A stretch of 64,000 bases of DNA from Candidatus Bathyarchaeota archaeon (lineage in GTDB: Archaea; Thermoproteota; Bathyarchaeia; Bathyarchaeales; Bathycorpusculaceae), in contig CAWHXY010000001.1 of assembly GCA_963833575.1 (NCBI GenBank), positions 14,130-78,129 on the forward strand. The letters are read 5' to 3'. Shown one piece after another: positions 1-9,103 of this stretch (position 1 is the stretch's first letter; the number at the start of each line of letters is the position of its first letter). The position numbers were made by a program, and so were the translations under genes. A model generated the notes under the pieces. That model was not told where the DNA came from. It was given only the letters and a program-made list of their open reading frames with translations, and ran no database searches.

Positions 1-1
1 C

Positions 2-1753
2 GCTGGAAACAACCCGACAGGCTTGAAAGCTGTCGACATAAGAACCGGAAATACAGTATGGGAAAAACCCATCACTACCCCACTGAGATGCGGCATGATA
101 TTGAACTTCATAACAGGAGATCAATACGGCGGACACGCTTACTTGTTCTGTGCCCCTGCAGCGATCGGATTCATTCCTTATCCACCTGGAAGCAATTGGG
201 AAATGTATGATGCAATGACAGGCGCTTGGATACTCGACATCAATAATACAAATGCTGGTACACTTGTAGAAGGTCCAAATGGCGAAATACTAAGCTACAC
301 TGTTGCAAATGGCATGCTAACTATGTGGAATTCAACTAAATGTATCTCAGCTGGATCAACAAAGAATCTATTTTATACGGTTTATAGCTCTTCGGAAATT
401 TGGCGGCCTCCACAAGGAGCAACTATTGATTGGAGTGCAGGATACCAGTGGAGTGCGCCACTGGCCACAAGCATTAGCGGCGTACCCATAATTCCAGGCT
501 TAGCCATTTCCAAAGTTGATAGCGGCGTAGTTCTTACGACAGCAGTGCCGGGAGGTATATTTACTGGACCACCAGGTGGATCCCAATTAGGTTATGAAAT
601 TGATGCAGGCTATAGTGCGACCACAGGTCAGCTGCTTTGGGGTCCGGTTAATCGGACTTTAACGCCATTCACAACTGTTGCTTTGCAGGCTGGTGATGGA
701 AAATATGCTGTTTACACGCAACAACTTGAGTCTTGGACTGGTTATGATATTACAACTGGGCAGAAACTTTGGACAACTCCCGCTGAAAACAGTTCTTGGG
801 GCTATTATGATTTCTCAGGCGATGGTGCTTTTGGCTATGGCAGCTTTTACACGTGGGGCTTAGGTGGAACAATATATGCCTATAATTCGACAACTGGAGC
901 GCTAGAGTGGACTTGGAATACTGGAAACTCCGGAGTAGATACTCCATATGGCTCATGGCCTTTGGGAACATGGGCGACGCACTACATTCTTGCAGACAAC
1001 AAATTTTATGTTAGGGCTGGTCATGACTACACTCCGCCAGTGTTCAAAGGGGCACAGCTTTACTGCATTAACGCTACGGATGGAAAAGAAATCTGGGATT
1101 CATTAAGTTTTGACATAGAAGGCTCACCAGCTATAGCTGATGGCTATATGGTTTGGTTTAACGGCTATGACAATCAAATATACTCTTATGGCAAAGGCCC
1201 CAGTGCTCTAACTGTCACTGCACCACAGGCTGGCGTAGAAGTTGGCAAATCAATAGATATTAGCGGTACGGTCTTGGATATCTCGGCAGGTACGCAGCAA
1301 GATGCAGTGAAAGCTAACTATCCGAACGGTGTTCCAGCGATTTCAGACGCAAGCCAAAGTGCATGGATGAACTACTTATACGAACAGCAGCCAATGCCGA
1401 CTAATGCAACAGGAGTTCCTGTATCAATCGATGTCATAGATTCTAACGGCAACTACCGAAACATAGGTACAACAATCTCTGACATGAGCGGTACTTTCAG
1501 ATTTAGCTGGAAACCTGATATTGCAGGCAACTACACTGTGATCGCTACTTTCCACGGTTCTGATTCATATTATCCATCATATGCGGAATCTGGGTTTGTC
1601 GCTGATTCAGCACCAACAACAACCACTGCTGTTCCTACATCCGCACCCGCCTCTGTTGTTGATACTTACTTTGCTCCTGCCGTCGTTGGCATAATATTGA
1701 CTATCGTCATAGTTGGCGCTGCAATAATACTCCTACAAAGAAAACGACCATAA
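2..1753 (+). CDS. PQQ-like beta-propeller repeat surface protein, 5'-truncated by the window edge, with C-terminal Ig-like domain and TM anchor
   Basis: Frame is open from base 2. Repeated 'YxxxTGxxLW' blade motifs, 'NGYDNQIYSYGKGP', Thr/Pro linker, hydrophobic helix and RKRP tail. Clear paralog of 29963-32590 and 32841-35501. Confidence 0.85.
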   Translation, partial: AGNNPTGLKAVDIRTGNTVWEKPITTPLRCGMILNFITGDQYGGHAYLFCAPAAIGFIPYPPGSNWEMYDAMTGAWILDINNTNAGTLVEGPNGEILSYTVANGMLTMWNSTKCISAGSTKNLFYTVYSSSEIWRPPQGATIDWSAGYQWSAPLATSISGVPIIPGLAISKVDSGVVLTTAVPGGIFTGPPGGSQLGYEIDAGYSATTGQLLWGPVNRTLTPFTTVALQAGDGKYAVYTQQLESWTGYDITTGQKLWTTPAENSSWGYYDFSGDGAFGYGSFYTWGLGGTIYAYNSTTGALEWTWNTGNSGVDTPYGSWPLGTWATHYILADNKFYVRAGHDYTPPVFKGAQLYCINATDGKEIWDSLSFDIEGSPAIADGYMVWFNGYDNQIYSYGKGPSALTVTAPQAGVEVGKSIDISGTVLDISAGTQQDAVKANYPNGVPAISDASQSAWMNYLYEQQPMPTNATGVPVSIDVIDSNGNYRNIGTTISDMSGTFRFSWKPDIAGNYTVIATFHGSDSYYPSYAESGFVADSAPTTTTAVPTSAPASVVDTYFAPAVVGIILTIVIVGAAIILLQRKRP

Positions 1754-1772
1754 ATGAATCAAGAAGAAACAA

Positions 1773-1792
1773 ATTTCCTTTTCTTTTTTTTG
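1773..1792 (+). terminator. Pyrimidine/T-tract archaeal terminator
   Basis: tttccttttctttttttttg-type tract ~20 nt after the stop; similar tracts follow both paralogs. Confidence 0.6.
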
Positions 1793-1813
1793 TTCAAATA
1801 TTAAGTAAAATAT

Positions 1814-1926
1814 GGGGCTGAGTGGGCTCTGGTTAGATTTCACGAGATAGCTATGGTATTTGGAAAATAGCGCATTTGCATTTGCACTGTTTTTCTCCTT
1901 ATGTTTTCCAGAGCCTCAGCAAACCC
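1814..1926. ncRNA. Candidate structured RNA: inverted-repeat stem enclosing an inverted copy of the beta-propeller gene translation-initiation region
   Basis: GCTGAGTGGGCTCTGG (1817-1832) pairs with CCAGAGCCTCAGC (1908-1920) with a 3-nt bulge. The minus strand of the loop reads aaacataaggagaaaaacaGTGcaaATGcaaATG...accatagctatc, similar to the 5' ends at 29941-29997 and 32816-32875. Confidence 0.4.
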
Positions 1927-2069
1927 TATTTTTTACTTGAATAAATATTTGATACTGAAACTTGAAAACGCAAGGTTAGGCTTGCAGGGTGTTTCTGTTT
2001 TAAATATACAAACTTAAGGTACGTTACAGTTAAATATTATTCTAAACCATTGAAATATGGGTATCGCGT

Positions 2070-2516
2070 TTGCCTATAACTCAAGTAAGTGTATTTCTAG
2101 ATAATCATCCGGGCTCGCTTTTTGATGTTATGTCGAAGCTTGACGAAAATAAATTGAAAGTTTTTGCGCTGTCAATTGCTGATGCAGGCGAGTTTGGTTT
2201 AGTGCGGTTAATAACTGAAGAGCCCCACATAGCCTCCAAATTCTTAGAAGATGCAGACTTTAACCTAGCAAAGTCTAAGAAAAACACTGAGGTCACGGCA
2301 ATTTTCATTTCTGCTCAAGAAACGCTATCAAAAATTACTAAAATTTTAGGTGACGGAGGCATTAACATAGAATATGCATATTCATCAGCTATCCACGTTG
2401 ACGGCAAAGTCGCATTAATATTGCGTCCAAGTAATGTTGAGAAAGCAGAGCAAATGTTAACTGCCAATGGCGTTGCAGTTCTTTCGCTTGAGGAAATCAA
2501 AAAATATTTCCAGTAA
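2070..2516 (+). CDS. Tandem ACT-domain (amino-acid-binding) protein
   Basis: 'QVSVFLDNHPGSL...ALSIADAGEFGLVRL...GINIEYAY' is typical of the two-ACT family; TTG start. Confidence 0.85.
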   Translation: MPITQVSVFLDNHPGSLFDVMSKLDENKLKVFALSIADAGEFGLVRLITEEPHIASKFLEDADFNLAKSKKNTEVTAIFISAQETLSKITKILGDGGINIEYAYSSAIHVDGKVALILRPSNVEKAEQMLTANGVAVLSLEEIKKYFQ

Positions 2517-2661
2517 GCAAACTTTCATCGCTATTTTCAAGACTCAAGAATACATATATTAACGGCATTTGTGAAGTTGTGCTCCATAAAACAATTAAAA
2601 GGGATGGTAAACTTAATTTACGTCCATTATATTGGAGCAATAACCAAAGGTTAGATCGAAA

Positions 2662-5508
2662 ATGGGAACATTAAATCTTGACAAGATTTTCGACCCTCAA
2701 AGCGTAGCTATAGTCGGAGCCAGCGACGCGGAAGGATCAGTTGGGTACGCAATTGTTAAAAATTTTACCCAAATGGGTTACACCGGCAAAGTTTACTTTG
2801 TAAACATCCGAAAGCCTGAGATTTTGGGAGTTAAAACTTACAAATCAGTTGACGAAATTCCAGAGCCCGTTGATTTAGTCATGATCGCCACGCCTGCAAA
2901 AACCGTTCCTGACGTTATGGAGGAATGTGGACGAGCAAAAGTTAAAGGTGTTATCATCGTATCTGCAGGTTTCAAAGAAACTGGTCCTGCAGGAAAAGCT
3001 TTGGAAGACAAAATCCTTGAAAGCGCCAAAAAATATGGAATCCGAGTTATTGGTCCAAACTGCATCGGCATGATCCGACCCAGAGTAAACCTTAATGCCA
3101 CTTTTTTAGACAAAATGCCTAAACCAGGCAATGTTGCTTTTCTATCTCAAAGCGGCGCTTTAGGCTCTGCAATTCTTGACTGGGCAATCCACGAAAACAT
3201 CGGCTTTAGCAATTTTGTCTCAGTCGGCTCTATGATTGACGTAGACTTTGGTGATCTGATTGATTATTTTGGTTCTGATCCAAAAACTAAAAGCATATTG
3301 ATGTATGTTGAAGGCATAACTCAAGCACGCAAATTTATGAGTGCAGCAAGGCATTTTGCAAGAACCAAACCAATAATCGTAGTTAAATCAGGAAAATTCG
3401 CAGAAAGCGCAAAAGCAGCAGCTTCTCACACAGGTTCGCTTTCAGGCGAAGATGACATTTACGACGCAGCCTTCAAACGCGCCGGAATCGTTCGAGTCAA
3501 CGAAATCGCTGATCTGTTTAATTCAGCTGAAGTTTTAGGAACACAGCCCCTACCTAAGGGTCCTAGGCTTGCCATAATAACTAATGCAGGTGGACCTGGA
3601 GTAATGGCAACTGACGCTTTGATCGGTCAAAACGGTAAATTGGCTAAGTTAAGCCAAAAATCACTTGATGCACTTAACGCTGTCCTGCCTCCTTTCTGGA
3701 GTCACGGAAACCCAATTGATGTCTTAGGTGATGCAAAATCTGAACGCTACAAAACTGCGTTAGACGTTTGCCTCAACGACGAAAACATCGATGGGATTCT
3801 AATTATTTTTACTCAACAAGCAGTTTCAGAATCGGTTGAAATAGCCAAAAACATTGTTGAACTTGTACGCAACAAATCTTACCAAAACAAAACAATCCTG
3901 ACCTCGTTTATGGGATATGGCGCAGTGTTAGAAGCAAACAGCATTCTGAACGCAAATAACATTCCAACCTATTCAACTCCTGAACAAGCAATCAAGACAT
4001 ACATGTACATGTATGAATACCAACGCAACATCGATCTTCTATACGAAACCCCTGAAGAGTTGCCAGTTGACGCTTCACCACCCAAACGCCCAATCATGGT
4101 AATATTAAGAAACGCAGCGTTCGAGGGTCGAGAAGTCTTAACTGAAGATGAAGCTAAAAAAATACTCAAATATTATAATTTCCCAATAGTAAGGACTGCA
4201 GCTGCAAACAACGTGGAAGAAGCAGTTACATTTGCCCAAGAAATGGGCTTCCCAGTCGTACTAAAAATTCTGTCACCCCAAATCGTCCATAAAACTGACG
4301 CAGGCGGAGTAATCCTAAACATTAACTCACCAAACGAAGTCCGCGAAGCCTTCGAGGTTCTAATACAAAGGGCCACAGCGTACAATCCAACCGCCCAAAT
4401 AATCGGCGTCACGGTTCAACCCATGATCGAAAAGAAAGGGCAAGAAATAATTATCGGTGGAAAAACCGACCCAGTTTTCGGACCCGTAATACTGTTCGGT
4501 ATGGGCGGCGTAGGAGTAGAACTCTTCAAAGATTATTCAATTGGTCTTCCGCCATTGAATACAACACTTATTCATCGGATGATGGAAGAAACTAAAATTT
4601 ACCGCTTACTCAAAGGGTACAGAGGTTCACCTGCAGTTGACCTTAAAAAACTCGACGAAACTCTGCTGCTTTTCTCTCAATTACTTGTTGATTTCCCGCA
4701 AATAAAAGAAATTGATATTAACCCAATGTTAATCAGCGAAAAAGAAGCATGCATACTTGATGCTCGCATTGTAATTGACAAAGATGCGGTTTGCCATAAA
4801 TTTGATCCACACGAGCACATGGTCATTAGCCCTTATCCAAAAAAAGACGAAATTCTGTGGCAACTGAAAAACGGTCAAGAAGTCATGCTTCGCCCCATAA
4901 AACCAGAAGATGAACCTATGTGGCTGGAAATGTTCCAAAGCTTCTCCGAAGAATCCATACGATACCGGTTCTTCCAAATGCTCAAAGATACCCCGCATGA
5001 AGTCCGTGTCCGCTACTGCAACGTCGATTATGACCGAGAAGTCGCCATTGTTTCCGAAATGGATGAAAATGGTAAAAGGAAAATACTTGGTGTAGCTCGC
5101 GTTAGCCTCGAATCTGATGGAAGAAGCAGTGAAATGGCCTTCATTGTAAGCGACTACTGGCAGGGTTTAGGTTTAGGCACTAAAATGGTTGATTACGTGC
5201 TTGATCTCGCAAAAGAAAAAGGCGTTGAAAACGTCTACGCAATTATGCTACCTGACAACTACAGAGCTTTGAGCCTGACAAAGAAAATGGGTTTCACAAT
5301 TGAATACTTAAGCGATGGCACTGTCAAAGCATCACTTAACCTGAAAAACGAAGACGTTGATTCAAGATGTCCAGTTATAAGCCCGGTCATTGGTCCAGTT
5401 ATAACGTTGCCTGAACCTCCACGTGAGCAACCTGAGCAGATAATTACAGCGGTACGAGAAGAAAAGAAAAAGGAATCTAAAGCACAGCGAGAGCTAACAC
5501 CGGCGTAA
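2662..5508 (+). CDS. ADP-forming acetate/acyl-CoA ligase alpha+beta fused to a C-terminal GNAT acetyltransferase (Pat-like architecture)
   Basis: CoA-binding 'AIVGAS', 'GPNCIG', 'SQSGA', 'SHTGS', 'TNAGGPG', 'NPIDVLGD', ATP-grasp 'HKTDAGGV' and 'DINP', GNAT 'WQGLGLG'. Confidence 0.9.
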   Translation: MGTLNLDKIFDPQSVAIVGASDAEGSVGYAIVKNFTQMGYTGKVYFVNIRKPEILGVKTYKSVDEIPEPVDLVMIATPAKTVPDVMEECGRAKVKGVIIVSAGFKETGPAGKALEDKILESAKKYGIRVIGPNCIGMIRPRVNLNATFLDKMPKPGNVAFLSQSGALGSAILDWAIHENIGFSNFVSVGSMIDVDFGDLIDYFGSDPKTKSILMYVEGITQARKFMSAARHFARTKPIIVVKSGKFAESAKAAASHTGSLSGEDDIYDAAFKRAGIVRVNEIADLFNSAEVLGTQPLPKGPRLAIITNAGGPGVMATDALIGQNGKLAKLSQKSLDALNAVLPPFWSHGNPIDVLGDAKSERYKTALDVCLNDENIDGILIIFTQQAVSESVEIAKNIVELVRNKSYQNKTILTSFMGYGAVLEANSILNANNIPTYSTPEQAIKTYMYMYEYQRNIDLLYETPEELPVDASPPKRPIMVILRNAAFEGREVLTEDEAKKILKYYNFPIVRTAAANNVEEAVTFAQEMGFPVVLKILSPQIVHKTDAGGVILNINSPNEVREAFEVLIQRATAYNPTAQIIGVTVQPMIEKKGQEIIIGGKTDPVFGPVILFGMGGVGVELFKDYSIGLPPLNTTLIHRMMEETKIYRLLKGYRGSPAVDLKKLDETLLLFSQLLVDFPQIKEIDINPMLISEKEACILDARIVIDKDAVCHKFDPHEHMVISPYPKKDEILWQLKNGQEVMLRPIKPEDEPMWLEMFQSFSEESIRYRFFQMLKDTPHEVRVRYCNVDYDREVAIVSEMDENGKRKILGVARVSLESDGRSSEMAFIVSDYWQGLGLGTKMVDYVLDLAKEKGVENVYAIMLPDNYRALSLTKKMGFTIEYLSDGTVKASLNLKNEDVDSRCPVISPVIGPVITLPEPPREQPEQIITAVREEKKKESKAQRELTPA

Positions 5509-5735
5509 CTAACTAAAGATCAGTCTTTTTTTCATTTTTATTTAAGATTATTAGAAAGAAAACAGCGATCAATGTCATTTAAGCACAAACCTTCATAGAT
5601 CGTCAATAATTAAGGTTTTTTTCTTAGATTTTTCCTGTAAAACTCCAGTTTTTGCCCCCTATTATATTTTTATACTAAAACTTTCTGTAGTAAGTTGAGA
5701 TTGATTCTCATAAGACTCAAAGGAAGATCAACCGT

Positions 5736-6227
5736 TTGACTGAGAAAGATAAAAGACGTTTGTTGCTTGAAAAAGTTATGAAAGAACATAATTATCAAGA
5801 AAGCGCTCTTCTTGAAATATTGCATCAAGCCCAAGAAATCTATGGGTATCTAGATAGGGATCTGCTTATGGATATTTCCGGCTCTCTAAATCTTCCTCCT
5901 AGTCATGTATACGGCGTAACCACTTTCTACAGCTTCTTCAAACTCAAAAAACCAGGCCAACACATAGTGACAGGCTGCTTAGGAACTGCCTGCTACGTGA
6001 AAGATGTTGAACAAATCATAGAAGCAATCGAGGACAAATTCGACCTTAAACGTGGCGGATCCACCGCAGATGGGAAGCTTTCTTTACTTATTACACGCTG
6101 CATAGGAGCCTGCGCTATGGCACCTAATATTGTCGTTGATGGCGAAGTGATAGGCAAAGCCACAAAAGAAATAGTTATAGAAAAAATAGAAAACGTTCTT
6201 GGAGGAGTCAAAACTGAAACTCAGTGA
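5736..6227 (+). CDS. hoxE: Bidirectional hydrogenase diaphorase subunit HoxE (NuoE-like 2Fe-2S)
   Basis: 'CLGTACYV...RCIGACAMAP'; first gene of the hox cluster. Confidence 0.9.
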   Translation: MTEKDKRRLLLEKVMKEHNYQESALLEILHQAQEIYGYLDRDLLMDISGSLNLPPSHVYGVTTFYSFFKLKKPGQHIVTGCLGTACYVKDVEQIIEAIEDKFDLKRGGSTADGKLSLLITRCIGACAMAPNIVVDGEVIGKATKEIVIEKIENVLGGVKTETQ

Positions 6228-7866
6228 TCTTCAAAAAATAACAGAGCAAGAACTTGATTTCCAAAGAGGTTACAAATACCGAATTAACGTATGTTGCTCA
6301 AGCGGCTGCGTTCCTTTCGGTGCCTTCAAAGTTCTTAAAGCATTCGAGGATGCAGTTAAAGAATTTGGTCTAGAAAATGAATGCAAAGTTGCACGTACAG
6401 GCTGTGTAGGCACCTGTTCGGTTGCTCCAGTAGTGCTAATAGAACCTGGCGATTACCTCTACCAGAGTGTTACTCCTGAAAGCGCGCGAGAAATAGTCCG
6501 CGATCACATAGTTTTAGGATTACCCGCAAAAGATATGCTCTATAAGAACCAAGCATACTTCCAAAAACAGCATCGGCTTGTCCTACGGAACGCAGGAAAA
6601 ATTGATCCTTCAAGAATTCAAGATTATATTTCTGCAGGTGGCTACTCGGCTTTAGCCAAATGCCTTGCAACCATGACACAGCAGGGAGTAATTTATGAGG
6701 TTATGGTAAGTGGGCTTAGAGGTCGCGGAGGCGCAGGTTTCCCGACAGGCCAAAAATGGACGCTGGTCTCAAGAGCGCACAGCGCTCCAAAATATATAGT
6801 TGCCAATTTAGATGAAGGAGATCCAGGCGTTTTCGCCAACAGAACTCTGGCAGAAGCTGATCCACACGCCATCATTGAAGGCATGCTTATCGCGGCTTAT
6901 GCCGTCGGTTCAGAGAAAGGTTACATTTACATTAGATCTGAGTATCCATTAGCTATTCAAACGTTACAGAAGGCTATTTCCCAAGCTAAAGCAATGACAT
7001 TTCTTGGCGATAACATTTTAGAGACCCCCTTCAAGTTTGATCTTGAACTACGATTCGGGGCAGGCGCATTTGTAGCTGGAGAAGAAACAGCTATTCTTGC
7101 CTCTGTCGAAGGTCGTAGAGCCATGCCTCGTCCGCGCCCTCCATACCCAGCAAACTCTGGATTATGGCAGAAGCCAACGCTTATACAAAACGTTGAAACC
7201 TTAGCAAACATACCGCTCATCATACAAAACGGTGGCTTATGGTTCTCAAAAATAGGCACACCAAAATGTAGCGGAACCAAATGTTTCTCTTTAACAGGCA
7301 AAGTAAACAATCCGGGCTTAATTGAAGTTCCAATGGGAATTACACTCAAAGAAGTAGTGTTTGAAATCGGCGGCGGAGTTCCAGAGGGAAGAAAATTCAA
7401 GTCAGTTCTAGTCGGGGGACCCTCAGGCGGTTGTCTACCTGAAACTTTTCTTGAAATTCCAATAGACTATGACTCATTAACAAAAGTCGGAGCAATAATG
7501 GGGTCAGGCGGAATTGTAGTGCTCGACGACGAATCATGTATGGTTGACACAGCGAGATTCTTCACTGAGTTCTGTAATGATGAATCATGCGGCAAATGCA
7601 CTCCCTGCAGAGCAGGATTAGCCCGAGTTAAAGAAATTTACGATCAAATTACAAGCGGCAACGGAAAAATGGAAGACATTACTACTTTGGAGAAATCTGG
7701 AGTTTTCATAAGAGACGCAAGCCTTTGTGGTCTTGGACAAACAGCTCCAAACCCAGTAATAACCACTCTTCGATACTTCAAAGATGAATACATAAAACAC
7801 ATCGTCGATAAAAAATGTGAAGCAGGAAAGTGCTTCAACAAAAAGAGGGAGGAAGAACGAAGTTGA
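6214..7866 (+). CDS. hoxF: Bidirectional hydrogenase diaphorase flavoprotein HoxF (NuoF-like)
   Basis: N-terminal 2Fe-2S thioredoxin-like domain, 'GRGGAGFPTG', 'GEET', 'ESCGKCTPCR', 'SLCGLG'. The track starts at TTG 6199; CTG at 6214 sits 8 nt after GGAGG. Confidence 0.9.
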   Translation: MKLSDLQKITEQELDFQRGYKYRINVCCSSGCVPFGAFKVLKAFEDAVKEFGLENECKVARTGCVGTCSVAPVVLIEPGDYLYQSVTPESAREIVRDHIVLGLPAKDMLYKNQAYFQKQHRLVLRNAGKIDPSRIQDYISAGGYSALAKCLATMTQQGVIYEVMVSGLRGRGGAGFPTGQKWTLVSRAHSAPKYIVANLDEGDPGVFANRTLAEADPHAIIEGMLIAAYAVGSEKGYIYIRSEYPLAIQTLQKAISQAKAMTFLGDNILETPFKFDLELRFGAGAFVAGEETAILASVEGRRAMPRPRPPYPANSGLWQKPTLIQNVETLANIPLIIQNGGLWFSKIGTPKCSGTKCFSLTGKVNNPGLIEVPMGITLKEVVFEIGGGVPEGRKFKSVLVGGPSGGCLPETFLEIPIDYDSLTKVGAIMGSGGIVVLDDESCMVDTARFFTEFCNDESCGKCTPCRAGLARVKEIYDQITSGNGKMEDITTLEKSGVFIRDASLCGLGQTAPNPVITTLRYFKDEYIKHIVDKKCEAGKCFNKKREEERS

Positions 7867-8570
7867 GCTTATCAACTGTTAAGCTTACCATTGATGGCGT
7901 TGAAATAACCGTTCCTGAAGGCACAACTATTCTGGAAGCTGCCAAGGACAACGGCATAATAATACCTACATTATGTAATCTTGAAGGCTTAACTGCTTAT
8001 GGGGGCTGTCGCCTTTGTCTCGTGGAAGTTAGCGGTTCACCAAAACTTTTCCCCGCTTGCACTACACCCGTAGGTCCAAATATAGAAGTTACAACCAATT
8101 CAGACAGACTTAAAGACTATCGTAAAATGGTTGTCCAGATGCTTCTTGCCGAGCGAACTCACATATGCTCAGTTTGTGTAGCCAACGACCATTGCGAACT
8201 CCAAGCTATGGCAAACCAACTCGGAGTGGACCATGTCATGTTCGAGCGAAACTGGAGCAGGGACCCAATTGATTCCACTCATGACTTCTTAGTAATTGAC
8301 CGCAACCGATGTATTTTGTGTACTCGATGCATACGTGTCTGCGACCAAATTGAAGGGGTTCATACACTGGACCTCAAACTAAGGGGAAAAGATACTCAAG
8401 TGATAATGGATCTTGATGAGAACTGGGCTAATTCTTGTTCTTGCACTTCATGCCGCAAATGCGCTAAAGTTTGCCCTGTAGGCGCAATATATATTGAGGG
8501 AGAGCAAATCGCACAAACAAAACGTAAAGATATAGCTGAGTTTATCTTGACAAGGAGGAACCGCAAATGA
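7863..8570 (+). CDS. hoxU: Bidirectional hydrogenase FeS subunit HoxU
   Basis: 'IPTLC...GGCRLC', 'HICSVC', 'RCILCTRC', 'CTSCRKC..VCP'; TTG 7863 follows GGAGG and overlaps the hoxF stop. Confidence 0.9.
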   Translation: MSLSTVKLTIDGVEITVPEGTTILEAAKDNGIIIPTLCNLEGLTAYGGCRLCLVEVSGSPKLFPACTTPVGPNIEVTTNSDRLKDYRKMVVQMLLAERTHICSVCVANDHCELQAMANQLGVDHVMFERNWSRDPIDSTHDFLVIDRNRCILCTRCIRVCDQIEGVHTLDLKLRGKDTQVIMDLDENWANSCSCTSCRKCAKVCPVGAIYIEGEQIAQTKRKDIAEFILTRRNRK

Positions 8571-9103
8571 CAGAAAAAGTTAGAGTCGCCACAATTTGGC
8601 TTAGCGGCTGCTCAGGTTGCCACATGTCATTTCTAGATCAAGATGAACGTCTTGTTGATTTATCGCAGAAAATTCAGTTGGTTTATAGCCCAATCATGGA
8701 CATTAAAAAGTTCCCAGAAAACGTCGATGTAACCTTAGTCGAGGGTGCCGTAGCCAACGAGGAACAGCTAACTACGCTTAAAAATGCAAGAACAAATACG
8801 AAAATCTTGATTTCGCTTGGTGACTGCGCTGTAACAGGAAACGTCACCGCACTGCGCAATGCTTGGCCTCATAGTGACAAAGAAATCTTAAATAGAGCTT
8901 ACCTAGACGAATCTGACTTAAACCCTCAGCTACCAGACCAAATGCCTAAACTGCTGCTAAAAGCTCACCCGCTTCACGAAGCAGTTAACGTTGACTTTTT
9001 CATTCCCGGTTGTCCACCCCACGCCGATCTGATTAACTATGTGTTAACTGAGTTATTGGCCGGCAGAACGCCAAAGATGGAAGGTAGATCAAAATATGGT
9101 TAA
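8567..9103 (+). CDS. hoxY: [NiFe] hydrogenase small subunit HoxY
   Basis: 'WLSGCSGCHMS', 'GDCA', 'PGCPP'; short single-cluster small subunit. Confidence 0.9.
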   Translation: MTEKVRVATIWLSGCSGCHMSFLDQDERLVDLSQKIQLVYSPIMDIKKFPENVDVTLVEGAVANEEQLTTLKNARTNTKILISLGDCAVTGNVTALRNAWPHSDKEILNRAYLDESDLNPQLPDQMPKLLLKAHPLHEAVNVDFFIPGCPPHADLINYVLTELLAGRTPKMEGRSKYG

